A program made the position numbers and the translations under genes. From Antedon mediterranea (Eukaryota; Animalia; Echinodermata): a stretch of 64,000 nt of DNA. Location: assembly GCF_964355755.1 (NCBI RefSeq), contig NC_092670.1:36134388-36198387 (forward strand), in the 5' to 3' direction. Under the pieces are notes generated by a model. The model worked only from the letters and a program-made list of their open reading frames with translations. It ran no database searches and was not told the origin of the DNA. Below are positions 1-10,558 of this stretch, piece by piece (within the stretch, counting starts at the first letter, position 1; every line of letters starts with the position of its first letter).

Positions 1-3000
1 TTGTTACTGTCATCCACTTAGAGTTTCGGCTCTTGGCTGTACATTCTGGATCGTGAAGGTGGAGAAGTTCTGGTGCCATGTCATCGACGTATTTGTGTGG
101 AACGTGGAACGTCATGCTGTAGTCACCACAATCAACGTATGGTTCTGGTGGAGGTGCTGTAAGAAGAAACGTTTTCAGAACTTATTACAAAGATGGTATA
201 ATATAAGGGAAATAGATACATTAAGATGGAAACAAAACGAAAGTTTATGCAGTAAATCAAATTAGAAGACCGTACGTGATTTGAATCCCCATGTTGTTGG
301 TGGATTTGGTTTCTTTCCTGGATCATCGCCGCCACCGCCGCCTTTGCCACCTTTTCCTTTTCCTCCCTTTCCTCCTCCTCCGCCGCCTGAAAGAGCTGAG
401 CCCATTTCGCTTCTGCATGGTGATGGATTGACTGCCATTACGACGCCACCGTCCAGTTGAAGAGTAAACAGCATGCCGTCTTCAATGCCTGATGGTTTGT
501 TGAATCGAAGGATGGTTGGGTCATCTGATGGGAATTCTACATCACTGGATTTAGAGGCGTCAAATTTAGCCAACACCTTTTGGCTTGGAAGTTCCAAAAT
601 TGAGATGTATGCACGGTTGGTTGGTCGAACAATCTAAAAGACGGTTAATAATAAATTACTAGCAGGTAAATGCACAAATAAATAATGAATGAAGAATGTA
701 ATGTATTTCAACGACGTGTTCAATTAATATTTTAACCAATGTAGGCCTATTACTGTACCTTTTTGTTGAATTTGATTTTCCATACTTTTTCCTTAGCGGT
801 TTCGAAATCTGGTGAGGGAATAGATTCTTCTGGAATGGCCATTGGTGGTGGTTTAGGCTTGCATTCAGCCGTTTGGAAGGGGTACATCAAGCCTGGATTA
901 GGACTTTCTGCTGGAGCGTTACCACATGGGTCTGGTTTGTAGACAATAGCTGTACCTGAGTCAATCTCAACGAAGTATTGCACACCATCCTTGAATTTTT
1001 CTAGTGGAGGTTTGAACTCAATTATTGAACTCTCAGTTCCTTCGACAAATTTAATTTCATTAGGATCGGCAAAGTTGAATTTGGCCAATTCTTTGAAGTC
1101 CATTCCCTTTCGGTACTTAAGTCGAGCGTATGCTGGTTTGCGTGGTCGAGCAACCTATAAATTAAAATTGTTTTCGTCATTATTAGACCTAAAATTAAAG
1201 TGGATATAAAGTATATACATTTGGTTAATCAAGTGACCTTGAACTTCAGAGAAACAGAGGAATTATTTGTGTCTTTGGTGATTAAGGATGATGAAGGATT
1301 GTTTTATCACACCTCAGGAAACCACAATTTCCCATAACTTCATTCTTCATGGAAAAATAATATAAAAGCCACAAACACATAGATTAGCAATTCCACACCC
1401 ACATTGCCATCATGCAACACGAATTACTATTATTATAGATACTTGTTTGGTAATTACTGACCGAAAGAATTACACAAGCGCACTACTACCAACCTGAAAA
1501 TAACAGGCCTCTATTATTACATTACTATTACAATTACCAAGCCAATGTTTTAAACTATAAACCCAACTGAATGGTACGGACAGTTTAATGTTGAGAATCG
1601 AGCCTAAAACGTGGTTCCCACTAGAACGCAACGCAGCGACGTATTGACGCAAAAAGTGATGTATTGCGTAATCAAGTGGGAACCGTCGACGCGGTAGTGC
1701 TGCAAACATCGCAGGTTTGTTTTCTAGGCGGGGGAAAATACAATTATTGGAATGGCATTTTGTTAAGTTGCGTTACGTTGCGTCGCTAGTGGGAACCAAG
1801 CCCAAGTTACATGCATAGTTAGATAATAATGCTTACTGGCTTGTTGAAAGCGAGTCTCCATGTCTTAGGCATTGGGGTTTCTCCTTTCTTGTTACCATAG
1901 ACTTGTCCTGGTTTAGGAATTGACTTAGCCATGAGTAACTGAGCGGGTTCGGCTTCTTCTTTGTCCTTGGGCAGATCCTCTGTAGAAATATAATGAAAAT
2001 ATACAGCGTGAATAAGTTTACGAATAAATCTATGTCTAAACTATCAAACTAGTTTGACACAAAAGTGTGATGTGCCTAAATATGGTAGTGATATGACAAA
2101 ATGACAAAATATTTGGAATTAAAGATATGTTTCGATAAAGATTTATACGTACTTGAGATCATAATTCGGCCACATACCGGATCACTTTGTACCCTGAACA
2201 AAACAAATAATAAAAATATTATCATACGATTTTATATCTAATTATCTAATTATAAACATATTTTATAGGCCTAGATATACTAATACCAATATATTCCAAA
2301 ATGTCTATAAGCGATAAAATAATTATGTCTTGATAAACAAACTAACCAGTTGTTATCGAGAGCGGTGTAGCAAAATCCGACAACTCCTTCTTTTCTGCCA
2401 GCTGTGTATGAAAGTTCCATAGATGCCTCGCTTCTTGGTAGGCTAGTGGTGATCTTAGTCTTCATTCCTGCTGGGGGACTCATTGGCATAGCAATGATAC
2501 TGTAAACAATTGAGAACATTTTTAAATATCAACGATATTGGTCGCTATAGAAATACAATAGTTGGTTTTGTGTTTGCAAACTTCTAAACTTACGTTTCGG
2601 CGTCTGATGCTGGAAGAATTCTTGCTGTTACAATTCCTGTCCATTTCTCACCAGGTCGGATGATATCACAAGCTGGGCCTTGCACCAATGGACCTACACA
2701 GCTACCGGCTGCAAGTGTAGATGGTTTAATAGTATGGTTAAACTTAGTATAGTATTAGATTAAAACAAGATTTTAAAATGAAAAACAAGCTGAATACAAC
2801 TGTACTACATTTACTTGATAAGCCTCTTTATAAACTTTGCACAGAATGAGGATTCTTCACCGCCTAATATTAGTGATGGCTGTGGAACCGAAACGTTAGA
2901 CCACGTACAGTAATACCAACTTATATTTGACTATTGCTAACCCGTATTAAGTAGATTTATTTATAAATTGAAAAGTGTTTTTGATATTCGAGGGAAGGAC

Positions 3001-5172
3001 AAAGGCAGGATATCAATGATCGATTGATAATCATAATCGATTGGTATTGATTAATACTTACGTTCTGTTACGTTTAACAGGAACTGGAATGGAATTGTAC
3101 TCAGTGGCTCATTTGACTTCTTGTTCTTAAAATCTTCCACCATGATGGATGCAGCATACCAGCCAGGTATACCCATCTTAGGGAATTCCAATTCACATCG
3201 ATCCTATTGAGAAAAATATAATTTAAGTTCTGAGGAAAATCAAAATCCAAATAAAGTAACCAACATAACGAATTATATTTATATTTATATTATTATAAAC
3301 TTAAACATGAAAACTCATGGTTGCAAAAAGGGTCACTCCAATGAGTGGGATTCTACAAAACTAAAAAAAAATCGTGTTACCGAAATAAAGGAAAACAAAA
3401 ACGAAATTTTACAGGATTGTTTTTACCTTATCAAGAACTGCGTAATCGGTTGCCATTCCGCATACATGTTGGTCACTTCCGAATTTTGGTGGACATTCAT
3501 TTTTGGCATCGACCGCCCATCGACATCGTACAATATCACCATCTGGGTCAGATGCTATAGTAAAATAAAATGCCAACGTAATTATTTGTTGTTTATACAA
3601 TATACTGATACAAAGTAAGTTCAGAACTTTGACAAGAAACGAATGTATAATTATGTATGTGCATGGAAAGAAAATGTAAGGTTTAAGAAGGCAAATAAAT
3701 GGACAGGTAATAGAATGAAACGCGAAATAAATTAAGGAAGAGTAATTGAAAGTGGAGAGTGAAGGAATGGGAATGGAAAAATGTGAAATGAAGGAACGGA
3801 AAGAGAAGCTAAATAAAAAAAAAGAATGAAAGAGAATGTTACGTAATGCAAATTAAACAGGATAATGAAGGTAAATTTGAGTATTAATTTATGTTGTGTT
3901 CTTACCTTCAATTGGAATAACACTTCTGCAGCCAGATCGAACAGTGAATACAGGCAACATAGTGACAACGGGTGAATGTTGATTTTTCTTAACTAAGTCT
4001 ACTTTAGTTACCAATCTCCAGCAACTTCTTCCGGCTGCGTTTACCAGGTCAATCCAGTTACTGGCAGCTTTACATTGGGATTCAGGTTCTACTTGATAAC
4101 TGAAAAAAAATGAATTCATTTCGCGTCTAAGGTTTCTGTTTGTTCTACAAAATACCTTACATTAAGATTGGTTATCACTAGGACGCAGCGCAAGGACGTG
4201 AGCAAAACGCAAGTGATTTGACCGATCACGACGTGATATATCATCCGTGTCGCTGTGATTTGTCAACACGCGTTGCGCCTAAGTCATTGTATGTCCAACA
4301 ATATGCGTCTATGGTTAGTGTTCTTTTCTTAGCTTATTTATAATAAATCATTATCATATATTATTATAAAATAAACGCCATGAAACACTTAAAAAGCTGT
4401 AGAACTTACAAAAGTGTAAATTGTGGTCTATCTGCGGTAAATTCGGCGTATCCTTCGACAACACTCCAGTCTTGTGTTTCACTATACCCAACACAATCAT
4501 AGGTCAAAGGTCCTGCAACCTTATTGTCTCCGGCGCAGTCAATACATCTCAATACACCATTGTATTCACCAGTCATTGTTTGGCCAATGTTCTTGCATTC
4601 GTACTCAAGACCCCATGATCTTTTGGCAGCCAACCTCCACTTTACTCTAATCTAGATAAAGTTAAAAAGGTGAAAGTGTAATTGCAGACCTTTCGATGAC
4701 AAATTGATGAGGAGAGAGGTTAAATGATTCGAGTAAAAAGGGGAAAAAACATACATAAGAATGTTACATTAGTCAAAAGAAAGAATGTAAGTGATGATAT
4801 TGAATAATTCTGAATTGCGTAATGTTGAAAAGAATGTTGAATAGAGGACCTTTGGCCAACAAGAAAAAAAAGGTTTTTTTAGGGGCATTGTGTTTGCTAT
4901 GTATTTATATGTTATCGTTCTTAGTGCACATACGAACATACTGTATTAATATGTCTATAGAGATTGTTCTAATTCAGATTTAGATTAAAATTGTAATCTA
5001 ATAAAACAGTTATTGTTTTTAGTTCACATTGCACATCTCCAGACAATCATGCAGGCAATAAACTTACTTGGTTTTTACCCAACTTCTCATAGCTGAAGGT
5101 ACCACCACGGTAATGGCTGGCCTCTACTGCCCCCAGAACAAACACCAGTGCGAAGAGTACAATACCTTGCAT
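1..5172 (-). CDS. Secreted ZP-domain protein, paralog A (3'-partial, runs off the window): signal peptide + HYRGG-type N-terminal region + two Ig-like modules + start of ZP-N
   Basis: Phase-consistent GT-AG exons on -: 5172-5068 (MQGIVLFALVFVLGAVEASHYRGGTFSYEKLGKNQ), 4651-4410, 4099-3906, 3554-3427 (SDPDGDIVRCRWA..ECPP), 3203-3062 (PGWYAASIMVEDF..PLSTIPFQFLL), 2708-2594, 2499-2347, 2193-2153, 1979-1837, 1154-759, 633-276, 156-<1 (PYVDCGDYSMTFHVP..LHLHDPEC, typical ZP-N start). Exon-by-exon similar to the + strand gene at 24890-35119. Confidence 0.9.
1611..1801. mobile_element. MITE family A, diverged copy
   Basis: Terminal inverted repeats TGGTTCCCACTAG...CTAGTGGGAACCA with ACGCAACGCA/TTGCGTTACG subterminal motifs, as in the copies at 31776 and 38940. 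Confidence 0.75.
4165..4322. mobile_element. MITE family A, degenerate copy
   Basis: ttggttatcactaggacgcagcgcaaggacgt...gcaagtgatttgacc..tcac...gtgatttgtcaa matches the family A left end and interior. Confidence 0.5.
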
Positions 5173-6059
5173 TTTCGCTAAAATAAACGAAACAAAACAT
5201 GTTAATAAAATAGTAAAACGATATATCTAACTAAACAAGTTTGAAAAGTACGTAATTTACCAATTGTATTGCCTTTGAAAAAAAAAACAATAATAATAAT
5301 ATATTCCTCCTAGCAATCTTCTTTGGATGTTTTTACATAAACTTTTTGCATAAACCTTTTTCATAAACCGTACTAATAAAGATCGTTTACTATTTGAAAA
5401 GCTAGGCCAAGAGGATTATTTTTTAAATGATAATTATGCTCCGTGTGTTTTAATAATAACGCTTTTTTATCTAAACATTGCATTCTATACGGTATTAAAT
5501 CAAACATAAGGTTAACTAACTAAACTATTCACAGTATTCTAATTAAAATTTCTAGAAAATATAAATTCAAAATATGGAACTATAGAAAGTGTGTTTTTAT
5601 GAGTCGTTACTATTGCTAATCTTACAAATGAGAAACTGCAATCATTTTGAGGGAACTGATACAATTCGTGGAAGTAAAACAAAACTTATTTTTCTAAAAA
5701 AAATGCTAATCAACTGAATATACTACTGTAAACTATATACACAAGGAGAACTTTTCTTTACGTATACGAAAGTTTAGGTAAAAAACTTTCGTTTAATAAA
5801 TCTATAGTGTACGTTGAAAAACATTAGGCATATAGATATAATCATTCTGATATTGTCAACGAATATACAAAGCCAGCTATATAAATAATACTTAATATGT
5901 TATCACTATTTCTAAAAATAACTAGTATGCCTACTATCTAAAAAATTAAATAGTTTGTTGTTTCAAACATATTTATTTCAAAATCTATAACTGGTATTTT
6001 ATCTATATTTTTCTTACAGTAATACACGTTACTATATAAAACAAGTTGAAAATTCCTAC

Positions 6060-6183
6060 CTTGTGTTTAAACTCCTGTGCTAGATAAACTTCAGACGTAT
6101 GGTACGTCTGCCGATCTGATGCTGAAACTTTCAAATAGAGGCGTTTATATATCTTTTTGGTTGTCATTTACTTCATTACGTCA
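6060..6183 (-). promoter_or_regulatory. Putative core promoter and non-coding first exon of ZP paralog A
   Basis: On -: CRE-like TGACGTAA (6176-6183), TATATAAA (6144-6151) and a donor AAG|GTAGGA at ~6060. The acceptor lies 5 nt before the ATG (5177). Inferred; no transcript data. Confidence 0.5.
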
Positions 6184-6886
6184 TCAGTTAATGATGCACA
6201 TTTTTGTAAAATACATGTGGATTTCTCATTAAATTGCATTATATTAATACGGCTCATATAAAATGAATATACTTTACATTATTGCGTTAATATACAAGTT
6301 ATTTGATAACGAACTTTTAATCGCTTGCCTTACTTTATCTAGAACAGTTTTGCTGACGTTTTAAAATTTAATATAGGCCTAAATCCAAACAGATGGTCGA
6401 CTTAAAACTTTTAATTATATTACCCATTGTATTTCGTGATGATATTTCTGCTGTAAATATGGTTAAAACTAATGTTACGATAATATTAAACAATAGTTTC
6501 CGTATGGTTATTTCCTTAATTAAAAAAAAAACAATGTTAAATTGTTTATTCCTTGATTTAACAATCACTACTGCAGTTGGGTTTTTTTACGGGACCTCAA
6601 ACATCATATCCAGCTATCCAATTGTTAAGGGTAAGGAAGAATTAAAAATTCTATTTTTTTAAACCTTTTTTTCTGGCATTTTACTTAAGAAACTTTAGGC
6701 CTATGCATACATTCTTCAAAATATAATTTATTTATTTATTGCATTCGTATTACAATCAAAATGTCGTTTAAACGGGTAGAGTACAGGATTGGTAATAAAA
6801 AATTAAATTAAACGTTTAGTAAAGTTAGGTTTGTTCTAAAAGAAAACAAGGTTGGTAAAGCAAGTAAAGTAAAATTGACACAGTCA

Positions 6887-7228
6887 AAGGTATCATGTCA
6901 ACATTATTTTACTGCAGTTACTCCAGTAACTGCATTTTTGTAATGAAACAAAGTCTTTTACCGAAAAAGCTTTTTTTTATTACTAAAAATATATTCATTT
7001 CATAATATTCATAACTTAACGTATACAGTACATCTCTTTAAAAGTTAAGTTCTTAACACATTTACTTAGCGTGTTAATTTCTTACAGTATTCATTTTCTT
7101 AAACATATTCATTTTTTAACATTAATCATTTTAGCAAAAAGCTTGCTAATTATTGCATAAACTAAAACGTAAAACAAAATGTATTTAATGCAGTAACTGC
7201 AGTAGAATAATGTTGACATGGTCCCTAA
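6887..7228. mobile_element. MITE-like element with ~30-bp terminal inverted repeats
   Basis: GGTATCATGTCAACATTATTTTACTGCAGTTAC at the left end and GTAACTGCAGTAGAATAATGTTGACATGGTCC at the right end; AT-rich non-coding interior. Confidence 0.65.
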
Positions 7229-7253
7229 AGGTCAAGGTCAAGAAAACAGACTG

Positions 7254-7520
7254 TAGTGGGGAACCTAATGTAATTCCGTGAGATTTTAATGCTCAAATTG
7301 AGTTCTTGGCAGTTTTGGAATCCTTAGTACTCACAGAATTCATATCAAAATGGCACTTATTTTTTACTCAAAACTGATAGTTAGCTCCTTATTTAACCAC
7401 GTACGAACGTAATTTGTGTGACAAAGCTTACAATAGTATGATAAATCAGTCCAAAGGTACAATTTATAATAATAGCATATGGCAACCATATTGGAATCCA
7501 AGATGGCCGCCATTAAAAAT
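7254..7520. repeat. Dispersed repeat family D (copy 1), probable DNA-transposon remnant
   Basis: tagtgggg(g)aacc..aattcc.tga.attttaatgctcaa.ttgagttcttggcagttttggaatc..aaaactgatag..tacgaacgtaatt shared with 21903-22190; contains a CAAGATGGCCGCC motif. Confidence 0.7.
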
Positions 7521-7619
7521 GTATATAATATATGCATTTATGTATTTAATCATCAAATTATGGCTGCCATATGAATAAATAAATAATATTGAGAGAATAT
7601 AGTATTAAAATATACGTAT

Positions 7620-7886
7620 ATATATAAATCCAAAGGCAAATTACTGAAAAAATGACAATGCTGTGGGTATCAGTGGCTGGATCTCATTGGAGATACAAAA
7701 TAAAAGCGAAAAGCTAAATCAAAACGAGAAGTAAAACAGCCAGAAAAGTTAGCAGAGCTTTCGGGCAACACTAGCCCTTCATCAGTACAAGTGAAGGAAT
7801 TTGGATAACGTCATAGTATAAAGCTGGCAAGTGCTGCCTGGGTGGACAGGAATAAAAGAAATATAACAAAGGGCGACAGGGTGGAG
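7620..7886 (-). mobile_element. Penelope-like retroelement terminal (pseudo-LTR) fragment inserted in (TA)n
   Basis: Flanked by TA microsatellite on both sides and contains a minimal hammerhead core. A second, internally deleted and truncated copy lies at 8620-8714. Minimal hammerheads in pLTRs and microsatellite association are established Penelope-like element (PLE) traits. Confidence 0.65.
7752..7788 (-). ncRNA. Minimal type I hammerhead ribozyme (copy 1)
   Basis: Minus strand reads GUA-CUGAUGA-A-GGGC-UAGUGUU-GCCC-GAAA-GCUC-UGC: intact CUGAUGA and GAAA cores, 4-bp stem II, palindromic loop-less stem III (AGCU), 3-bp stem I (GUA/UGC). Predicted cleavage after CUC, between 7755 and 7754. 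Confidence 0.8.
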
Positions 7887-7912
<26 letters not shown>

Positions 7913-7917
<5 letters not shown>

Positions 7918-8266
7918 ACATCAGGCAATGAATATTAATTCTAAACCGTCCGGTGATATACTGAAATTTAATTAATTAATTTGAAACGATAAAGATGAGG
8001 AAATCTGTGAGAATGAGAAAAAGTCGCCCCAACCGAGACTCGAACTCGGACCGCCTCCTTGATATGCAGATGTCCTAACCATTAGACCACTGGGGCTTTC
8101 ATGGTATTGTTCAAACTCGATTGGATAGCGACTCTTTAACATTCTCGGCGTGGTACGGTGGAACAGCACTAGTCCTCAGTTGTACGCACGCGCACCAGAG
8201 ATCAAATTGATACGCCTTCATCTTTCTGTATTTTATTCACGAGGCGGGATCTCCGAAGAGATACTT
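7913..8266 (-). mobile_element. (TA)n-associated tRNA-containing repeat unit, copy 1
   Basis: Near-identical to 8281-8597 (period ~367 bp), bounded by TA-rich tracts, with an internal tRNA cloverleaf. Confidence 0.75.
8025..8096 (-). tRNA. tRNA-like sequence, anticodon ATC (Asp); probably pseudo-tRNA or element-borne (copy 1)
   Basis: GCCCCAG TG GTCT AATGGTTA GGAC A TCTGC ATATCAA GGAGG CGGT CCGAG TTCGAGT CTCGG TTGGGGC G: 72 nt, 7-bp acceptor stem, D arm, perfect T arm, G discriminator, followed by ACTTTTT. One G-G mismatch in the anticodon stem. Confidence 0.7.
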
Positions 8267-8280
8267 TTATATAATTATAT

Positions 8281-8592
8281 AAACACATCAAGCAATGAAT
8301 ATTAATTCTAAACCGTCCGGTGATATACTGAAATTTAATTAATTAATTTGAAACGATAAAGATGAGGAAATCTGTGAGAATGAGAAAAAGTCGCCCCAAC
8401 CGAGACTCGAACTCGGACCGCCGGCTTGATATGCAGATGTCCTAACCATTAGACCACTGGGGCTTTCATGGTATTGTTCAAACTCTTTTGGATAGCGACT
8501 CTTTAACATTCTCGGCGACGTGGTACGGCGGAACAGCACTAGTCCTCAGTTGTACGCACGCGCACCAGAGATCAAATTGATACGCCCCAATC

Positions 8593-8597
<5 letters not shown>
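8281..8597 (-). mobile_element. (TA)n-associated tRNA-containing repeat unit, copy 2 (5'-shorter)
   Basis: Same sequence as copy 1 with the same 3' end on - (..TGATGTGTTT|ATATA), but lacks about 50 nt of copy 1's 5' end. Confidence 0.75.
8392..8463 (-). tRNA. tRNA-like sequence, anticodon ATC (Asp); probably pseudo-tRNA or element-borne (copy 2)
   Basis: Same 72-nt cloverleaf; the 3' strand of the anticodon stem is GCCGG (one T-C mismatch, at a different position from copy 1). TTTTT terminator follows. Confidence 0.7.
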
Positions 8598-8619
<22 letters not shown>

Positions 8620-8623
<4 letters not shown>

Positions 8624-8714
8624 AATCCAAAGGCAAATTACTGAAAAAAATGACAATGCTGTGGGTATCAGTTAGTTAGCAGAGCTTTCGGGCAACACTA
8701 GCCCTTCATCAGTA
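8620..8714 (-). mobile_element. Penelope-like pseudo-LTR fragment, copy 2 (internally deleted, truncated at the ribozyme)
   Basis: ataaatccaaaggcaaattactgaaaaaa..gtgggtatcagt joined to gttagcagagctttcgggcaacactagcccttcatcagta, identical to parts of 7620-7788; TA tracts on both sides. Confidence 0.65.
8679..8714 (-). ncRNA. Minimal type I hammerhead ribozyme (copy 2)
   Basis: Core, stem II and stem III identical to copy 1; the 5' strand of stem I is cut to 2 bp by the adjoining (TA)n. Confidence 0.7.
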
Positions 8715-10294
8715 TATATTTATATATAAGTCAAATTACATATAATTTCGTAATTCCCAAATAATTAAGATGATTGTTTGTTTGATCTAGACCTTTTCTC
8801 ATAATTTTAAAGGTAATTCTGGTAAAAGTACACATTAGGCTCAATGAACCGATGTGCCTTACAGTACATTAAAAAAGTAAAGTACATTTACACCAAAACA
8901 TGATTATGATTGAGAGAGAAAGAGATTACCTTAATTGCTAAATGAGATATAACATATTGGCTCCATCAAGCACGAGACATAAAATATGTTGGAAAGTAGT
9001 AGAAGTATTATAGAGTATCATAGGTAGCTGAAAACAATCACATGATATTCCACGAGGTAATATGTTTTCAAGGGCAGTGGCTTGAAAAAGAGGGTATTAA
9101 GCTAAACGAAACACCTGGTCAAAACACCCTGCACCAGAATAGGCCTAACGTTATCGCTAAATTTGAATTATAAAAACATTTCTGTTATACATATATAGTT
9201 TTGACACATACCGTATTGAATAAACTTCCTATTGAATATACGTCCCTCATAGAACATCATTTGAAATAAACGAATAAACGACCCGGGGCATTTATTCATT
9301 TCCTCGAACAAACGATATTGCACTATTGTAGGCCTACACATTTTCATTGTACATTATTTATTGATATGATCTACAATTTACCAAGCCTTTTTTTTCTTAA
9401 GTAGGTTCGACCCACTTTTATTTCCTCATCAGTTAAAAATGTTCATTTATTTACAATGCATTGCACTTGATATTAATGTAATAGTATAATGCAAATACAA
9501 CTGACATTATTTAACTTTCAATACATATTAATAATTATTAAATCTCCTACTATTGTATTTTTAACTACAATAATAGTAAGAATATTTTTTTTAAATCATC
9601 TTTTACCAAGAATTTTGATACCATTTTTACTGTATTTTATCCCTATATTAACTATTTTTGTCCATGTTACCATATATTACTCGCGCCAGAGTAAACGTCT
9701 CTCTCGAATAAACGCTACACTAGAAATCCTCCTGAACAATAAACGCTTGCGTTGCGGCTATGGTAATAAAAGAATGATACACGGAAATATCATCACTATC
9801 ATTGTGAATGAGTTTTAAGAGTAATGAATCATCAGACAATTATTTAATACGACTTTACCACACGTATTAAACTCATCATCAAACATAATGGAATTTAGAA
9901 TATATGTTTAAGTGGTATTATTTAGTTGTTGTCAATAAAAAGTTAATATTAACAGTCATATAGGCCGAAATCACGAGGGGTCAGCATTTTAATACGTAGA
10001 TGTCATATTATTACTATAATTATTATATATTAACGACAATTTAAGACGTAAGCGCCATTTAGTCTAATTTTGAAATCCTATATTAGCCTTTTATAGTTTA
10101 GGAGTTAGCAATAATTGGATGTGTCCGATAATATTGGAGAACAGTTGAAAACACGAAAATCAGCGAAGAATTAGCAATCCACAGGAAAATCTACCACCCG
10201 ATTCTCGAATCGGGTGAAACTACTGTCCTGTATTCATTGAGTAGGATCAAGTGTATACTGTAGAATATTTACAACTATTATATTGAACACTTTT

Positions 10295-10390
10295 ATTCTA
10301 CAGCTCACAGGATGGTTGGTCGGTCGGTTGGTCGATCGGTAAACTCAAATTTGAGCACGCGACTGCAGCCATGTATATGGAATTGTTTAC
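10295..10390 (+). mobile_element. Helentron/DINE-like non-autonomous element family C (partial)
   Basis: tacagctcac..(GGTC/GGTT)n..ggtaaac..ttgagcacgcgactgcagccatgtatatgg, shared with 12530-12655. Confidence 0.6.
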
Positions 10391-10442
10391 GTTTGTTGAG
10401 GTTATGTATACGTAACTACAGGCTGTTTCGTTTCGTTGTGTC

Positions 10443-10558
10443 TCACTTGGGACGCCACGCAAGGACGTAAGCGCAACGCAAGTGATATAACCATGGAGAG
10501 TGAAATTCACTCTTCCCTGATTTAACCAATCACAAACGACTAATAGGAATCAAGCTTT
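10443..10558. mobile_element. MITE family A, degenerate/deleted copy
   Basis: cacttgggacgccacgcaaggacgtaagcgcaacgcaagtga...aaccaatcacaaacga..taggaatcaagcttta. Confidence 0.55.

Noticed and set aside
8160-8266. CTGAGGA and CCCGCCTCGT motifs in the tRNA unit suggesting a hammerhead or HDV-like ribozyme
   Set aside because: Could not build stem II plus GAAA, nor the HDV P1/P2/P3 pairings.
7972-8539. Two similar 65-66 aa ORFs (MLFHRTTPRMLKSRYP...)
   Set aside because: They start at non-ATG codons and run through the tRNA cloverleaf; the duplicated non-coding unit explains them.
9415-9435. CTGATGAG-GAAA on the minus strand (hammerhead-like words)
   Set aside because: No stem II between the core segments and no stem I or III. 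Isolated CTGATGA at ~6181, ~9830 and ~54718 were rejected for the same reason.
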